Part shown: one piece after another, positions 1-9,382 of the stretch
How the letters are laid out: the number at the start of each line of letters is the position of its first letter
Position numbering within the stretch: the first letter of the stretch is position 1
Origin: Nitrosopumilus sp.
Lineage (GTDB): Archaea; Thermoproteota; Nitrososphaeria; Nitrososphaerales; Nitrosopumilaceae
Assembly: GCA_965207075.1 (NCBI GenBank)
Contig: CBDBLO010000002.1
Span: 2,048,001-2,112,000 of the forward strand
DNA: 64,000 nt
Direction of reading: 5' to 3'
Notes under the pieces: generated by a model
The model's database searches: none
What the model saw: only the letters and a program-made list of their open reading frames with translations
Told to the model about the DNA's origin: nothing
Position numbers and translations under genes: made by a program

Positions 1-1091
1 AGGTACACGCCGGACTTCATGCGGTGCCCCTGGTGCGACGACGCTATGCCGGCCGCGAAGATGGTCTCGTTGAGGTGCGTCATCTCCACAAGCTTGTCCC
101 GGATGTGGGACACCTTGGGGACTCCGTTGTACTCGGCCATCGAGGCCGCGGCGCCTATCAGCACGTCGCCAAGCCCCGTCTTGCAGACGTAGCTGCGCCT
201 GTGGTAGCACGTAAAGCGCTCTATCAGCATCGAGGCAAACTCGTACTCGCCGTGCATGAAGACGCGCTCCCACGGGATGAACACCCTGTCAAGCACCATC
301 AGGGCCTCCTGGCCCCCGAACTTTGCGTTCCCCGCGTCGATTCCCTCGCCGCCCTCCATGCTGCGCGTGTCGCAGGACTGCCTGCCGTAAACGTAAGTGA
401 TGCCCTCGGCGTCGGCCGGGACGGCGCCCACGATGGCCCAGTCCTTGTCGGACTCCGTGAGCCTGACCGTGGGCATCAGTATTATCCAGTGCGAGTTGAT
501 GCACCCTGTCTGGTGCGCCTTTGCGCCCGACACGTACACGCCGCGCTCGTCGCGGTCGACTATCCTGGTGAACAGGTCGGGGTCAGCCTGCTCCGACGGC
601 CCCTTGCTGCGGTCGCCCTTGGGGTCGGTCATGGCGCCGCCTATCACCAGGTTCTCGCGCTGGACCATCTTTACAAACTCCAAGAAGCGCTTGTGGTAGT
701 CGGTGCCGTGCTTCTCGTCTATCTCAAACGTGGTGGAGTGGAGGGAGTTGAGCGCGTCCATCCCGACGCACCTCTGAAAGCAGGTCCCCGTGTTCTGGCC
801 CAGCTTGCGCTGCATCTTGTTCTGCAGCACGAGATCCTCGGCCGACTCTGCAATGTGCAGGAAGCGGTTGACGCGCAGCCCCGTGATGCCGGACTCGGCC
901 GACGCCAGCTCCTCCTCGCGCACCGCGAGATCGTACGTCTCGGCGACGGCGTTGATCGAGGGCCTTATCATCGGGTGGTCCACGGGCTCCTTTACAAGCT
1001 CGCCGAACAGGTACACCTTGAGATCGCGGTTCCGCAGGCTCTCGATGTACTCGTCGCCCGTCCTGATCGTCTTGAGGACGTTGGCCGCCAT
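1..1091 (-). CDS. 4-hydroxybutyryl-CoA dehydratase (3HP/4HB cycle), 3' end outside window
   Basis: Not in ORF track (open at edge). Manual minus-strand translation from ATG 1091: MAANVLKTIRTGDEYIESLRNRDLKVYLFGELVKEPVDHPMIRPSINAVAETYDLA...; later CFQRCVGMD-type Fe-S motif; adjacent to the CoA ligase as in thaumarchaea. Confidence 0.9.
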   Translation of the reverse strand, partial: MAANVLKTIRTGDEYIESLRNRDLKVYLFGELVKEPVDHPMIRPSINAVAETYDLAVREEELASAESGITGLRVNRFLHIAESAEDLVLQNKMQRKLGQNTGTCFQRCVGMDALNSLHSTTFEIDEKHGTDYHKRFLEFVKMVQRENLVIGGAMTDPKGDRSKGPSEQADPDLFTRIVDRDERGVYVSGAKAHQTGCINSHWIILMPTVRLTESDKDWAIVGAVPADAEGITYVYGRQSCDTRSMEGGEGIDAGNAKFGGQEALMVLDRVFIPWERVFMHGEYEFASMLIERFTCYHRRSYVCKTGLGDVLIGAAASMAEYNGVPKVSHIRDKLVEMTHLNETIFAAGIASSHQGHRMKSGVY

Positions 1092-1158
1092 ACACAGATT
1101 TGGAACGTTGCCGTATAAATATTCTATAACGATGTAGGCGGCCTGCGGGCGTGCTGTA

Positions 1159-3276
1159 TCATCCGGCCGCGGTCAGCCCTATCCTCACGTCAAGGACGCG
1201 GCACCCCTTGCCCTTGGCAAGCACCAGCACGGGGTTCATGTCAAGCTCCGCGATCTCGTCGGCAAAGTCCGTGACCAGCTGGGACAGGCGCTGTATGCAC
1301 TCTGCAAGCTTTGCTACGTCGGACGGCTTTTCACCACGCACGCCGCCGAGCAGCTTTGAGGTGCGGAGGGAGAGCGGCATCGCGGCGGCCTCGGCGGCCC
1401 CCACGGGGGCGAGCCTGAACGTGACGTCGCCGAGCACCTCCACGTATATGCCCCCGAGCCCCAGCATTATCACGGGCCCGAACCCCGGCTCGAGCTTGGA
1501 GCCGATGATCATCTCCTTGCCGCCGGAGACCATCTCGGCCACTATGACGCCCCTCAGCTCCGCATTCTTGTCGTATTTGCGGGCGTTGGACATTATGGCG
1601 TCAAACGCCGAGCGGACCTCTGCGGCGCTCTTCAGGTTCACCATGACGCCGCCGGCGTCGGACTTGTGTATTATCTGCGGCGAGGATATCTTCATTACTA
1701 CCGGGTAGCCGATCTTGGACGCGGCGGACACCGCCCGGCCCGCGCTGGTGGCCAGGACGGACTCCGGGAGCGGCAGCCCGTACGCCTGCAGCACGTCCCT
1801 GCCCTCGTCCTCCAGAAGGGCCGAGCGGCCCTGGCTGCGGGCCCCGTCTATTATGCGCCTCACGGCGGGCTTGGAGACTCGCGCAAACCTTCTGGGCTTG
1901 TCGGCCGGCGCGCCCGCCCATCCCGCAAACCTGACCATCGCCTTTAGCGCCCTTATGGCGCCCTCCGCGTACGTGTAGTAGGGGACGTCTCCCGCGGCCA
2001 TTATGTCGCGGTTGGTGGTGCCCTCGTCGAGGCCCATCAGGCTGGCAAGCATCGTCTTTCTGTGCTTTTTTGACATCTCCACTATGACGCGGGCAAGGCC
2101 GTCGTAGTCCAGGGTCCCGGACGGGGTGCACATCGTAATGACGGAGCCGACGTTGCGGTGCCTCAGCACCCGCTCAAGCACGTTGCGGAACCGCTCAAAG
2201 TCCGCGTCGCCCACTATGTCGACGGGGTTGCGGGAGCTGCCCCACGGCGGGATTACCTCGTCTATCTTTGAGGATATGCTGGAGATGTCGGCCATCCTTA
2301 TGCCGGCCTTTGAGCAGGCGTCGGTGGATATTATGGCGGGACCCCCCGCGTTTGATACAATGACCAGGTCGCCCTTGGCCGGGAGCGGCTGCTTTGAGAA
2401 CGCGGTGGCGTAGTCGAACAGCTCCTCCATCGTGTCCACCCTTATGGCGCCGCTCTGCTGCAGCAGCGCCTCGTATATCTCGTCGGAGCCCATCAGGGCG
2501 CCGGTGTGGGACATGGCCGCCTTTGCGCCCTCGGGGCTGCGGCCCGACTTTAGCACGAGGACGGGCTTTTTGAGGCGTTTTGTAATGTCGCGGCAGACCT
2601 GCAGGAACTCCTGCCCGTCGCCCATGTCCTCAAGGTACATCACGATGACCTTGGTCTGCCGGTGGTTTGCCAAAATCTTGAGCACGTCGACCTCGCTCAT
2701 GGCGGCCTTGTTTCCCAGGCTGACGACCGCCGAGAACCCGATGCCCTGCGCGCTGGCATCCTCCACCAGCGCCGCGCAGATGGCGCCCGACTGCGACACG
2801 AGCGCGATCTTGCCCGACTTTGGGGTGATCTTGAGGAACGTGGAGTTCATCATGGTCTTCGGGTCGAGGTTCATCACGCCCAGGCAGTTGGGCCCTATCA
2901 CGTTGATGCCGTACTTGGTTGCAATCTCCTTTAGCTGCCTTTCCATGGCGGCGCCCTTCTCGTCGACCTCCTTGAACCCGGCCGTGATTATAACGACGGA
3001 CTTGATGCCCCTTTTGCCGCACTCCTCCAGAACCGGAGCCACGAGCGTGTTCTTGATTACAATGACTGCCAGGTCCGCCCGGGCGGGCATGTCAAGGACC
3101 GACTTGTACGCCTTTTTGCCAAACACGGTGTCCCTGGTGGGGCTGATCGGGTACACCCTTCCCTTAAAGCCGTGCATGATGTTGGAGGTGATGGTGGCCC
3201 CCACGCTGCCCTTCTTGTCAGACGCCCCGATGACGGCAATGGCCTTGGGGGACAGGAACGAAGATGTAGCACTCAC
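1159..3276 (-). CDS. ADP-forming acyl-CoA synthetase, probably 4-hydroxybutyrate-CoA ligase
   Basis: CoA-binding domain (AVIGAS, GPNCLG), phospho-His motif SHTGAL, C-terminal ATP-grasp (HKSDAGGV, ELDMNPV); likely GTG start 3276 rather than 3495. Confidence 0.88.
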   Translation of the reverse strand: MSATSSFLSPKAIAVIGASDKKGSVGATITSNIMHGFKGRVYPISPTRDTVFGKKAYKSVLDMPARADLAVIVIKNTLVAPVLEECGKRGIKSVVIITAGFKEVDEKGAAMERQLKEIATKYGINVIGPNCLGVMNLDPKTMMNSTFLKITPKSGKIALVSQSGAICAALVEDASAQGIGFSAVVSLGNKAAMSEVDVLKILANHRQTKVIVMYLEDMGDGQEFLQVCRDITKRLKKPVLVLKSGRSPEGAKAAMSHTGALMGSDEIYEALLQQSGAIRVDTMEELFDYATAFSKQPLPAKGDLVIVSNAGGPAIISTDACSKAGIRMADISSISSKIDEVIPPWGSSRNPVDIVGDADFERFRNVLERVLRHRNVGSVITMCTPSGTLDYDGLARVIVEMSKKHRKTMLASLMGLDEGTTNRDIMAAGDVPYYTYAEGAIRALKAMVRFAGWAGAPADKPRRFARVSKPAVRRIIDGARSQGRSALLEDEGRDVLQAYGLPLPESVLATSAGRAVSAASKIGYPVVMKISSPQIIHKSDAGGVMVNLKSAAEVRSAFDAIMSNARKYDKNAELRGVIVAEMVSGGKEMIIGSKLEPGFGPVIMLGLGGIYVEVLGDVTFRLAPVGAAEAAAMPLSLRTSKLLGGVRGEKPSDVAKLAECIQRLSQLVTDFADEIAELDMNPVLVLAKGKGCRVLDVRIGLTAAG

Positions 3277-3398
3277 TGACCTGCGAGGCTTGGCAATACA
3301 ATAAATCTGTTTTTTGTCCAAGTCCGGCGGACCGGCCCCCGCGCAGTTATGGCAGCATCGGGGCGCGCGGGGCTGCAGAAGCCACCGCCGTATGCGAC

Positions 3399-3776
3399 TC
3401 AGCTGCCAAGCATCCTGCCTGCAAGATTCTCCTTGCGGCTGACCCAGAGCACAGCCGGCCGGCGGCCGCCAAATTCGGCAATCTCCGACCAGCACCGCAT
3501 GGCAAGCTCCCGGAGCGCCTCGTTGTTTATGGCGTACTCGTGGTTGAGCTGCCTTACCGTGTTCAGGGAGTCGCTGTATATCACCACGTCGTCATAGGGG
3601 GGTTCGCCCGATTTTGAGCGCGCGTGTCGCACGGCCGATATTATGGCCATGTACTCGGCCTGGTTGTTTGTCACGTCGTCGCGCCTCTCGTAGTGCGACT
3701 CGCCTGTCTCCTTTACAAACCAGCCAAACCCACCCCTTGGGCTGCCGGAGCCGTCCACGTACATGCTGACTGCCAT
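3399..3776 (-). CDS. rnhA: Ribonuclease HI-like protein
   Basis: YVDGSG, TNNQAEYMA, IYSDS, WVSRKENLA motifs. Confidence 0.85.
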   Translation of the reverse strand: MAVSMYVDGSGSPRGGFGWFVKETGESHYERRDDVTNNQAEYMAIISAVRHARSKSGEPPYDDVVIYSDSLNTVRQLNHEYAINNEALRELAMRCWSEIAEFGGRRPAVLWVSRKENLAGRMLGS

Positions 3777-3800
3777 ATTGGGGCCTAGCGGCAGCACGTA

Positions 3801-4274
3801 TTATTTCTGGCCCTCCTTGCCGCCGCCGCTGCTGCTGCTGTACATCCTCGTGGCCTTCACGCTCAGGTTCATCACAACCAAGTACACCGCAATTGCCGCT
3901 ACCTGGGCGGTCACCGACGACGCGTACGGCTCGTAGCCCCACGCGTCAATCATGTAGTAGTGCAGGATCCACCTGACGACCCCGTACGCCACCTCGCCCG
4001 CCCCCAGCGAGGCGAGTATCTTCTTGAGGTCGGAGCGCGGGTCGGCCTCGGCGGGCCGGCCGCCTGGGCCCGCCCTGTACCTGTGCCTGTTTGTAATGTA
4101 GAACATGAGCCCGAACGTGCCCAGATACGCGGCATAGTCCACTATGGTGGCGTACGTGGCGTTGAGGTGCGGCTCCAGCCCGGACAGGGAATCGGCCACG
4201 ACCGCGGACACCGGGAGCGCCACCGCTATTGCAACAAACATGCTCTGGTTCAGCCTGACATAGTCGCGCAGCAT
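3801..4274 (-). CDS. Hypothetical membrane protein
   Basis: About 4 hydrophobic segments; co-oriented and tightly packed with neighbours. Confidence 0.65.
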   Translation of the reverse strand: MLRDYVRLNQSMFVAIAVALPVSAVVADSLSGLEPHLNATYATIVDYAAYLGTFGLMFYITNRHRYRAGPGGRPAEADPRSDLKKILASLGAGEVAYGVVRWILHYYMIDAWGYEPYASSVTAQVAAIAVYLVVMNLSVKATRMYSSSSGGGKEGQK

Positions 4275-4301
4275 TACAGGACTGTACCAAAAGCCTGACT
4301 T

Positions 4302-4586
4302 TTAGTCCATCGTTATCTTGAGGAATATGCTCAGCCCCACAAGCTCCGTGATCCCGACTGCCAGCATATACGGGAATACGGACTCGGATATCAGCATGTC
4401 GTGCGAGAAGAACGCCGCCGCCCCTATCACGTTGTTCAGCAGCAGCGAGACGGCCACCACGATCATGCCAAGCGGCAGATGCGCCCTTGTCGCGGCAAAC
4501 ATTCTTGCAAACAGCACGATAAGCGCGGACAGTATGCCGATGTTGACAAGCGATATGATCGACAGGACAAGCAGCGGGGGCTCCAT
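4302..4586 (-). CDS. Small hypothetical membrane protein
   Basis: 94 aa, three hydrophobic helices, AT-rich promoter-like sequence upstream. Confidence 0.65.
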   Translation of the reverse strand: MEPPLLVLSIISLVNIGILSALIVLFARMFAATRAHLPLGMIVVAVSLLLNNVIGAAAFFSHDMLISESVFPYMLAVGITELVGLSIFLKITMD

Positions 4587-4706
4587 GTGAGAGCTGGATG
4601 CCCCCCGTATCTTAATTACTTTTATCCAAAGAGGGCCGCACGTCCTTGGCCCCCGGCGCGCGGCCGTACTGATAATAAAGGCATATAACGACGCGGCGGC
4701 CCATAC

Positions 4707-5600
4707 ATGCGTATGCTGTCATACGACATGCCCCTGTACAGGCCGCCGTCCGAGGCGCGGTCCGTGATATTCCAGGTGACGCTTGGCTGCTCCTTTAACG
4801 AGTGCTCGTTCTGCGACATGTACCGCTCAAAGGAGTACGAGGAGAGGCCCTGGGAGGCAGTCAGGGAGGAGATAGACATGATGGCCAGATACCAGCCTGA
4901 CGCGAGGCGCTTTTTCCTCGCCGACGGGGACGCGCTAAACCTGGACACAGACTACATGATAAAGATAATCAGGTACATACGCGAAAGGTTTGCAGGCGCC
5001 GAGCGCATATCGTGCTATGCGATGCCAATGAACATACTCAAGAAGAGCGAGGACGACCTGCGCCGTATGAAGGAAGCGGGCCTCGACATGCTGTACCTGG
5101 GGATAGAGAGCGGCTCTGACGTGATACTCAAAAAGGTCACAAAGGGGGCCATCGCAAAGACCATAATAAAGTCGGTGAACAAGGCAAAGGCCGCGGGGTA
5201 CGTCATGTCGTGCATGATAATACTGGGGCTCGGCGGCACCGCGCACTCGAGGGAGCACGCAAGGGGCACGGCAGAAGTGATCAGCGCATGCGCCCCGCAC
5301 TACGTGGGGACGCTCACGCTGCACCTTGACGAGGGCATCAAGAAGGAGTTTCACGACAAGTTTGCAGAGCCGTTTGCAACGATAAACGACGGGGAGGCGC
5401 TCGACGAGCTGTACGATATAGTCAGTAGGATAGAGATCCCCGGAGACGGCAGCCAGACGGTATTCCGCGCAAACCACGGCTCCAACGCCTACATGATAAA
5501 GGGGACGTTCCCTCAGGACAAGCGGGAGATGCTCTCCCAGATAGACTGGCTCAGGCAACACCCCGAGGTGGCGCGGCCACAGGGACTGCGCGGGTTCTGA
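4707..5600 (+). CDS. Radical SAM protein
   Basis: CxxxCxxC motif (CSFNECSFC), YRPPSE N-terminus, GIESGS. Confidence 0.88.
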   Translation: MRMLSYDMPLYRPPSEARSVIFQVTLGCSFNECSFCDMYRSKEYEERPWEAVREEIDMMARYQPDARRFFLADGDALNLDTDYMIKIIRYIRERFAGAERISCYAMPMNILKKSEDDLRRMKEAGLDMLYLGIESGSDVILKKVTKGAIAKTIIKSVNKAKAAGYVMSCMIILGLGGTAHSREHARGTAEVISACAPHYVGTLTLHLDEGIKKEFHDKFAEPFATINDGEALDELYDIVSRIEIPGDGSQTVFRANHGSNAYMIKGTFPQDKREMLSQIDWLRQHPEVARPQGLRGF

Positions 5601-5744
5601 CGCCGCATCACAGCAGTAGTAGTAGCATCGTCGCCGTCGCGTGGCAGTGGCAGTTGCAACAACCACATCAATTGCCGCTACCGTTGCCGCGGCCGCCACC
5701 GCAGAATGGTAAAATAGTCGTACGCGGTTACTGTCACTGGTACG

Positions 5745-6266
5745 ATGCAGACCAAGATGCAGGTCATTAAAGAGGTGCTCCGCACGCGGAGATACGCCGG
5801 GATAGCCGCGGCAAGCGGGGCCGGGCTCGGCGCCGTATACTACGTACTGACGATGTCCATGCTGCCCCTGCACCTTGAGTCGGGGGTTGCAATGGCGGCC
5901 GCCCCTGCGTACATCGCGGCGTCCGTATCACTTACAGCAGTCATCTCGGGTCTTGCGGGGATCAACTTTGCACTGATGGCGTTCAAGATAAGGCGCATGA
6001 GGATGATGTCAAACCTGCTTGTAAAGAAGCCGAACTCGACTGCCGCACCCATACTGGGCGGGGTCTTTGCGGCCTTTACGCCCGGATGCCCCGCATGCAC
6101 GGCGCCCCTGGCCGTCATACTAGGCGCGGTTGGGGGACTGTCCCTGTTCCCCATGCAGGGACTGGAACTCAAGATGATATCGGCGGGGGTGCTGCTGTTC
6201 TCGATATGGTGGATCACGCGCGGGCTGCAGAGCCGCAGCTGCTGCCGCATCGACGGCGCCGGCTGA
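5745..6266 (+). CDS. Hypothetical membrane protein with CxxC motif
   Basis: Several TM helices, GCPAC motif, C-terminal CC. Confidence 0.65.
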   Translation: MQTKMQVIKEVLRTRRYAGIAAASGAGLGAVYYVLTMSMLPLHLESGVAMAAAPAYIAASVSLTAVISGLAGINFALMAFKIRRMRMMSNLLVKKPNSTAAPILGGVFAAFTPGCPACTAPLAVILGAVGGLSLFPMQGLELKMISAGVLLFSIWWITRGLQSRSCCRIDGAG

Positions 6267-6403
6267 CGGAAGATTGGACGGCGGAAATCATCTGAAATCC
6301 CCTGCGTGCACTGGGTGGCGCATGCCCAAAATTACGTAGTATACAGATCGGTGGTGCCAGAATTTCATGATATTGCATTAGGAAGTAACTTCATATACTT
6401 GTT

Positions 6404-6811
6404 ATGCGTACTATACGTATGAAAGGTACCAAAGCGAAAGATGCGCAAGGCTGCGCGGGAGCACGTGCGGCGGCCAGACACGGCATGCACGCCGACAAGC
6501 AACTGCCCGGCAGGGCCATTGCAGACGCACTCACCGAAAAGAGGGCACGCTGGAAATCCAAGCCGGGTGTCTTCGTGGTGGAGTCGTCCGGGACGCTCCT
6601 GGATCATGGAAGGAAGCCCAGCATACTGGTACAGGGCGAGAAGTCTCCGCGCACCATAATAGAGACGCCACATGGTGCAGGGAAGGACTTCGTGAGACAG
6701 ACCGGCAAAACGACTGTCGGCAGGCATACGGTAAACGTGGCCATGTCATCGCTCATGCCAGAAGAGTTCAGGGCCATGCGGCAGTCGAGACTGGCGAGTG
6801 TGTTTATGTAA
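6404..6811 (+). CDS. Hypothetical protein (accessory region)
   Basis: 135-aa ORF after an AT-rich promoter-like stretch; no recognisable motif. Confidence 0.45.
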   Translation: MRTIRMKGTKAKDAQGCAGARAAARHGMHADKQLPGRAIADALTEKRARWKSKPGVFVVESSGTLLDHGRKPSILVQGEKSPRTIIETPHGAGKDFVRQTGKTTVGRHTVNVAMSSLMPEEFRAMRQSRLASVFM

Positions 6812-7208
6812 ACACCACCTACTCCAAAGCCCTAGCACAGTTGCGGCAGGTCTCCTGCCGCACCCCCATTTCATGACTGGCTGGGCGTGCACAGGGCCTA
6901 CGGCTGAACCGGGCAAGACGGGCCGGTATGCAGGGAGACGTGGACAGCCTCCGGGATTCCCTACGAGTCACGCGACGAGGATCTACAGGCGCAAGCCGTC
7001 CAGAATGCAAAAAAACACTAGGACAAGGACTAGCCGCTGCGCGTGCGCGTGTACGGACCAACCCTGGCGTCAGCGATAAACTACGCGCCGCCCAACCTTG
7101 GCGTGAAGCGTATGCACGATCGGAAAAATCCGGTAGGCGCGCTCCGGTGTTATCATGGGTTGTACCAATTACAAAAACGTCAAATACAAAGGCGCCATTG
7201 CCACGCGT

Positions 7209-8108
7209 ATGAGCACAACCGCCCCAGAATGCACTGCGCACAGCACATCCCACGATCGTCTCGGGGGGCAAAAGGTGGCCGCGGATGCATGCGCGCACGA
7301 TGCCCGCCGTGAGACGGCCACCTCCGAGGGGGAGATCGTCTGCCGCGCGTGCGGGGTGGTAAAGGGGAAGGACGGGCGGCAGATGTACGGGGATCACGCG
7401 GCGCTTCCGCGCACCCGGACCAACCTGTACCTGGAGATGGAGGTGGGCGGCAAGCCGGACCGCAGGCTGCGTGCCGACAGGTTCGTGCGCCGAAAGCGCG
7501 ACATGTCGGCAGTCAGCAACATATCGCAAAAGCTCGGCATTCCAAACGGCGTGGGAAGGGACGTGTGGGCGTGGTACCAAAGACTGCGCCGCGCGCCCGG
7601 CATGCGCATGACAAAGGCAAAGATCATGGTTCTGGCGTTTCACGGAGTCTGCAGGATGCGGGGCTGCCCGCTAAACGAGGCCAGGCTACTGGACGCCATA
7701 CGCATGGAGCTGGGGGTTAGGCACGCGCATTCGTACCTCCATGTCATAATGGAGGCCTCGGCGTACGTCGACGAGGAGACCGGGGAGTATATGCTGCGCA
7801 GGATAGGATTTCCTGACCAGGTCGGGCACGCCGCGCTTGGCGGCATCGGCCGTGATGACGGTGCCGGTGCCGCCGGGCCCGCGCCGCCGTCGCTGCTGCC
7901 ACCCGCGCCCTCACCGCCACCCCCAAACATGTTTTCCATAAGCACCGAGATCCAGTCGCTGGCATACGAGTACGAGCCCGTAGTCGCGGAGGCGCTTGCA
8001 CGCGAGGCCCGCGCCATTCTTCCCGTACTGGAGTACGGGGAGCCCAGCCGGGCGCGGGCGGCGCGGGCGGCCATACGGATAGCAAAGAGGAGGTACGGGG
8101 TGCGGTGA
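7209..8108 (+). CDS. Divergent TFIIB/TFB-like protein (Zn ribbon plus cyclin-like repeat)
   Basis: CAH...EGEIVCRACGVV zinc ribbon, then ISQKLGIP...CRMRGCP resembling a TFIIB repeat. Confidence 0.55.
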   Translation: MSTTAPECTAHSTSHDRLGGQKVAADACAHDARRETATSEGEIVCRACGVVKGKDGRQMYGDHAALPRTRTNLYLEMEVGGKPDRRLRADRFVRRKRDMSAVSNISQKLGIPNGVGRDVWAWYQRLRRAPGMRMTKAKIMVLAFHGVCRMRGCPLNEARLLDAIRMELGVRHAHSYLHVIMEASAYVDEETGEYMLRRIGFPDQVGHAALGGIGRDDGAGAAGPAPPSLLPPAPSPPPPNMFSISTEIQSLAYEYEPVVAEALAREARAILPVLEYGEPSRARAARAAIRIAKRRYGVR

Positions 8109-9229
8109 CGGGCAGTCAGAACCCGCGGGGGCGACTGCAGCAGGTTCGTACCAGGTCCATACGGCGGCACGATCTTGACGTTACGGTCCCGCTGCAAAAG
8201 CAGGTGGACGCATACAAGGACATCTTTACAGAGGCGGCGGCCGGGCAGCAGCCGCCCCGTCATGCAAGCGACATCCCTGCAGTCAGGGTGGGCAGCGTAG
8301 GCGGCACGCTATATTTGATGGCAGACGGCGACGTATACCGCGGCGCCCTGGCGGCGGGCGCGGAATCGATCAGGTGCATGGTCATAAAATGCGCAGACAT
8401 GCCGGACTTTCTTGTAAGGCACGTCCAGTGCAACCACAGGCCCACGGGGATCAACCCGCTCCTCCTGCGCAGAGTGTCGGACTACGTGTCGGCGCACGGG
8501 AGCGAGGAGGCCGCGGCCCTGTCGCGCGCGTGCAGGGGGACGGTGCACCAAAAGTTCATCGCGCTCAACCTAGCGCCCGGGGCCGCGGCGGTACTCGGCG
8601 AGCTCTGCGAGTTCCTAGGCGCAAAGCTGTCGCAGTTCGCGCTGCCGTACTATATCCCGCACCACATATCCGGGAAAAGAACCGACATGCAGCAGGAGCT
8701 GGCCCAGAAGGTGTCGTGGCTGATAAGGGCGCGCCCCGTGACCGACGCCCGCTTTGCATGGCCCAGCTTCGAGGAGGTAAAGACGCTCTCGGACTTCCCC
8801 CGATACCGCAGGGAGGGGAAGTCAGTCGTAGTGACGCCGGACGGTGAGCAGGCGGCCCCCAAGGAGGTGCGGCGCGCAAGACAGCTGATCAAGAACGCGC
8901 GCGGCATCATCGCCATCCCGGGTACGGATGCGCACCCCCCGTACCTGGTGGACCTCAAGACAAAGCGCGCCTCCATTGTGGAGGACCGCAAGCTGGTCAC
9001 GGTCCTCAGGGACGCGGATCCAGAGGGCACGGGCGCCGCCATGACGTACCTGCTCCCACAAGAGGCCGGCAGATGGCTGGGGCTCTTGGGCGGGAAGCAA
9101 GACGGCGCAGACATCAAGATGATACAATTTGATGCGGCCACGGGCCTCGCGGAGTTCGCGGAAAAGCACCGCGGCGCGCGCGGGGTCGTGTTTTACAGGA
9201 GGACAGATGCCGCAGGACCGCCAAGCTGA
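8105..9229 (+). CDS. Hypothetical protein with ParB/Srx-like N-terminal domain
   Basis: IPAVRV...YLMADGDVYRGAL...IRCMV resembles a degenerate ParB box; GTGA overlap with the upstream gene. Confidence 0.45.
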   Translation: MTGSQNPRGRLQQVRTRSIRRHDLDVTVPLQKQVDAYKDIFTEAAAGQQPPRHASDIPAVRVGSVGGTLYLMADGDVYRGALAAGAESIRCMVIKCADMPDFLVRHVQCNHRPTGINPLLLRRVSDYVSAHGSEEAAALSRACRGTVHQKFIALNLAPGAAAVLGELCEFLGAKLSQFALPYYIPHHISGKRTDMQQELAQKVSWLIRARPVTDARFAWPSFEEVKTLSDFPRYRREGKSVVVTPDGEQAAPKEVRRARQLIKNARGIIAIPGTDAHPPYLVDLKTKRASIVEDRKLVTVLRDADPEGTGAAMTYLLPQEAGRWLGLLGGKQDGADIKMIQFDAATGLAEFAEKHRGARGVVFYRRTDAAGPPS

Positions 9230-9282
9230 GGATCGTGCAGGGCGGGAAGACGCCCCTTCTCCACGTGCATAGCCGCGGGTTC

Positions 9283-9342
9283 TGTCAAATCTGAGTGAAC
9301 TACGTGCCTACACGTAGGCAGGCGGGTCACGCAGATTTGACA
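9283..9342. repeat. Imperfect 60-bp inverted repeat
   Basis: tgtcaaatctg...cagatttgaca outer arms; tgcctac-ac-gtaggca inner arms. Confidence 0.75.
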
Positions 9343-9382
9343 AACGGCAAGGTCATACTGCAGAAAAGGACTTGAACCCAGA

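Noticed and set aside
24-1118. 364-aa plus-strand ORF
   Set aside because: It is the antisense shadow of the 4-hydroxybutyryl-CoA dehydratase gene; such shadows are common in high-GC DNA, and the same applies to most overlapping ORFs in the track.
6290-6312. tgaaatcccctgcgtgca as a second att / tRNA 3' remnant
   Set aside because: Only aaatcccc matches tRNA-Val, and it is in the wrong orientation for a direct repeat.
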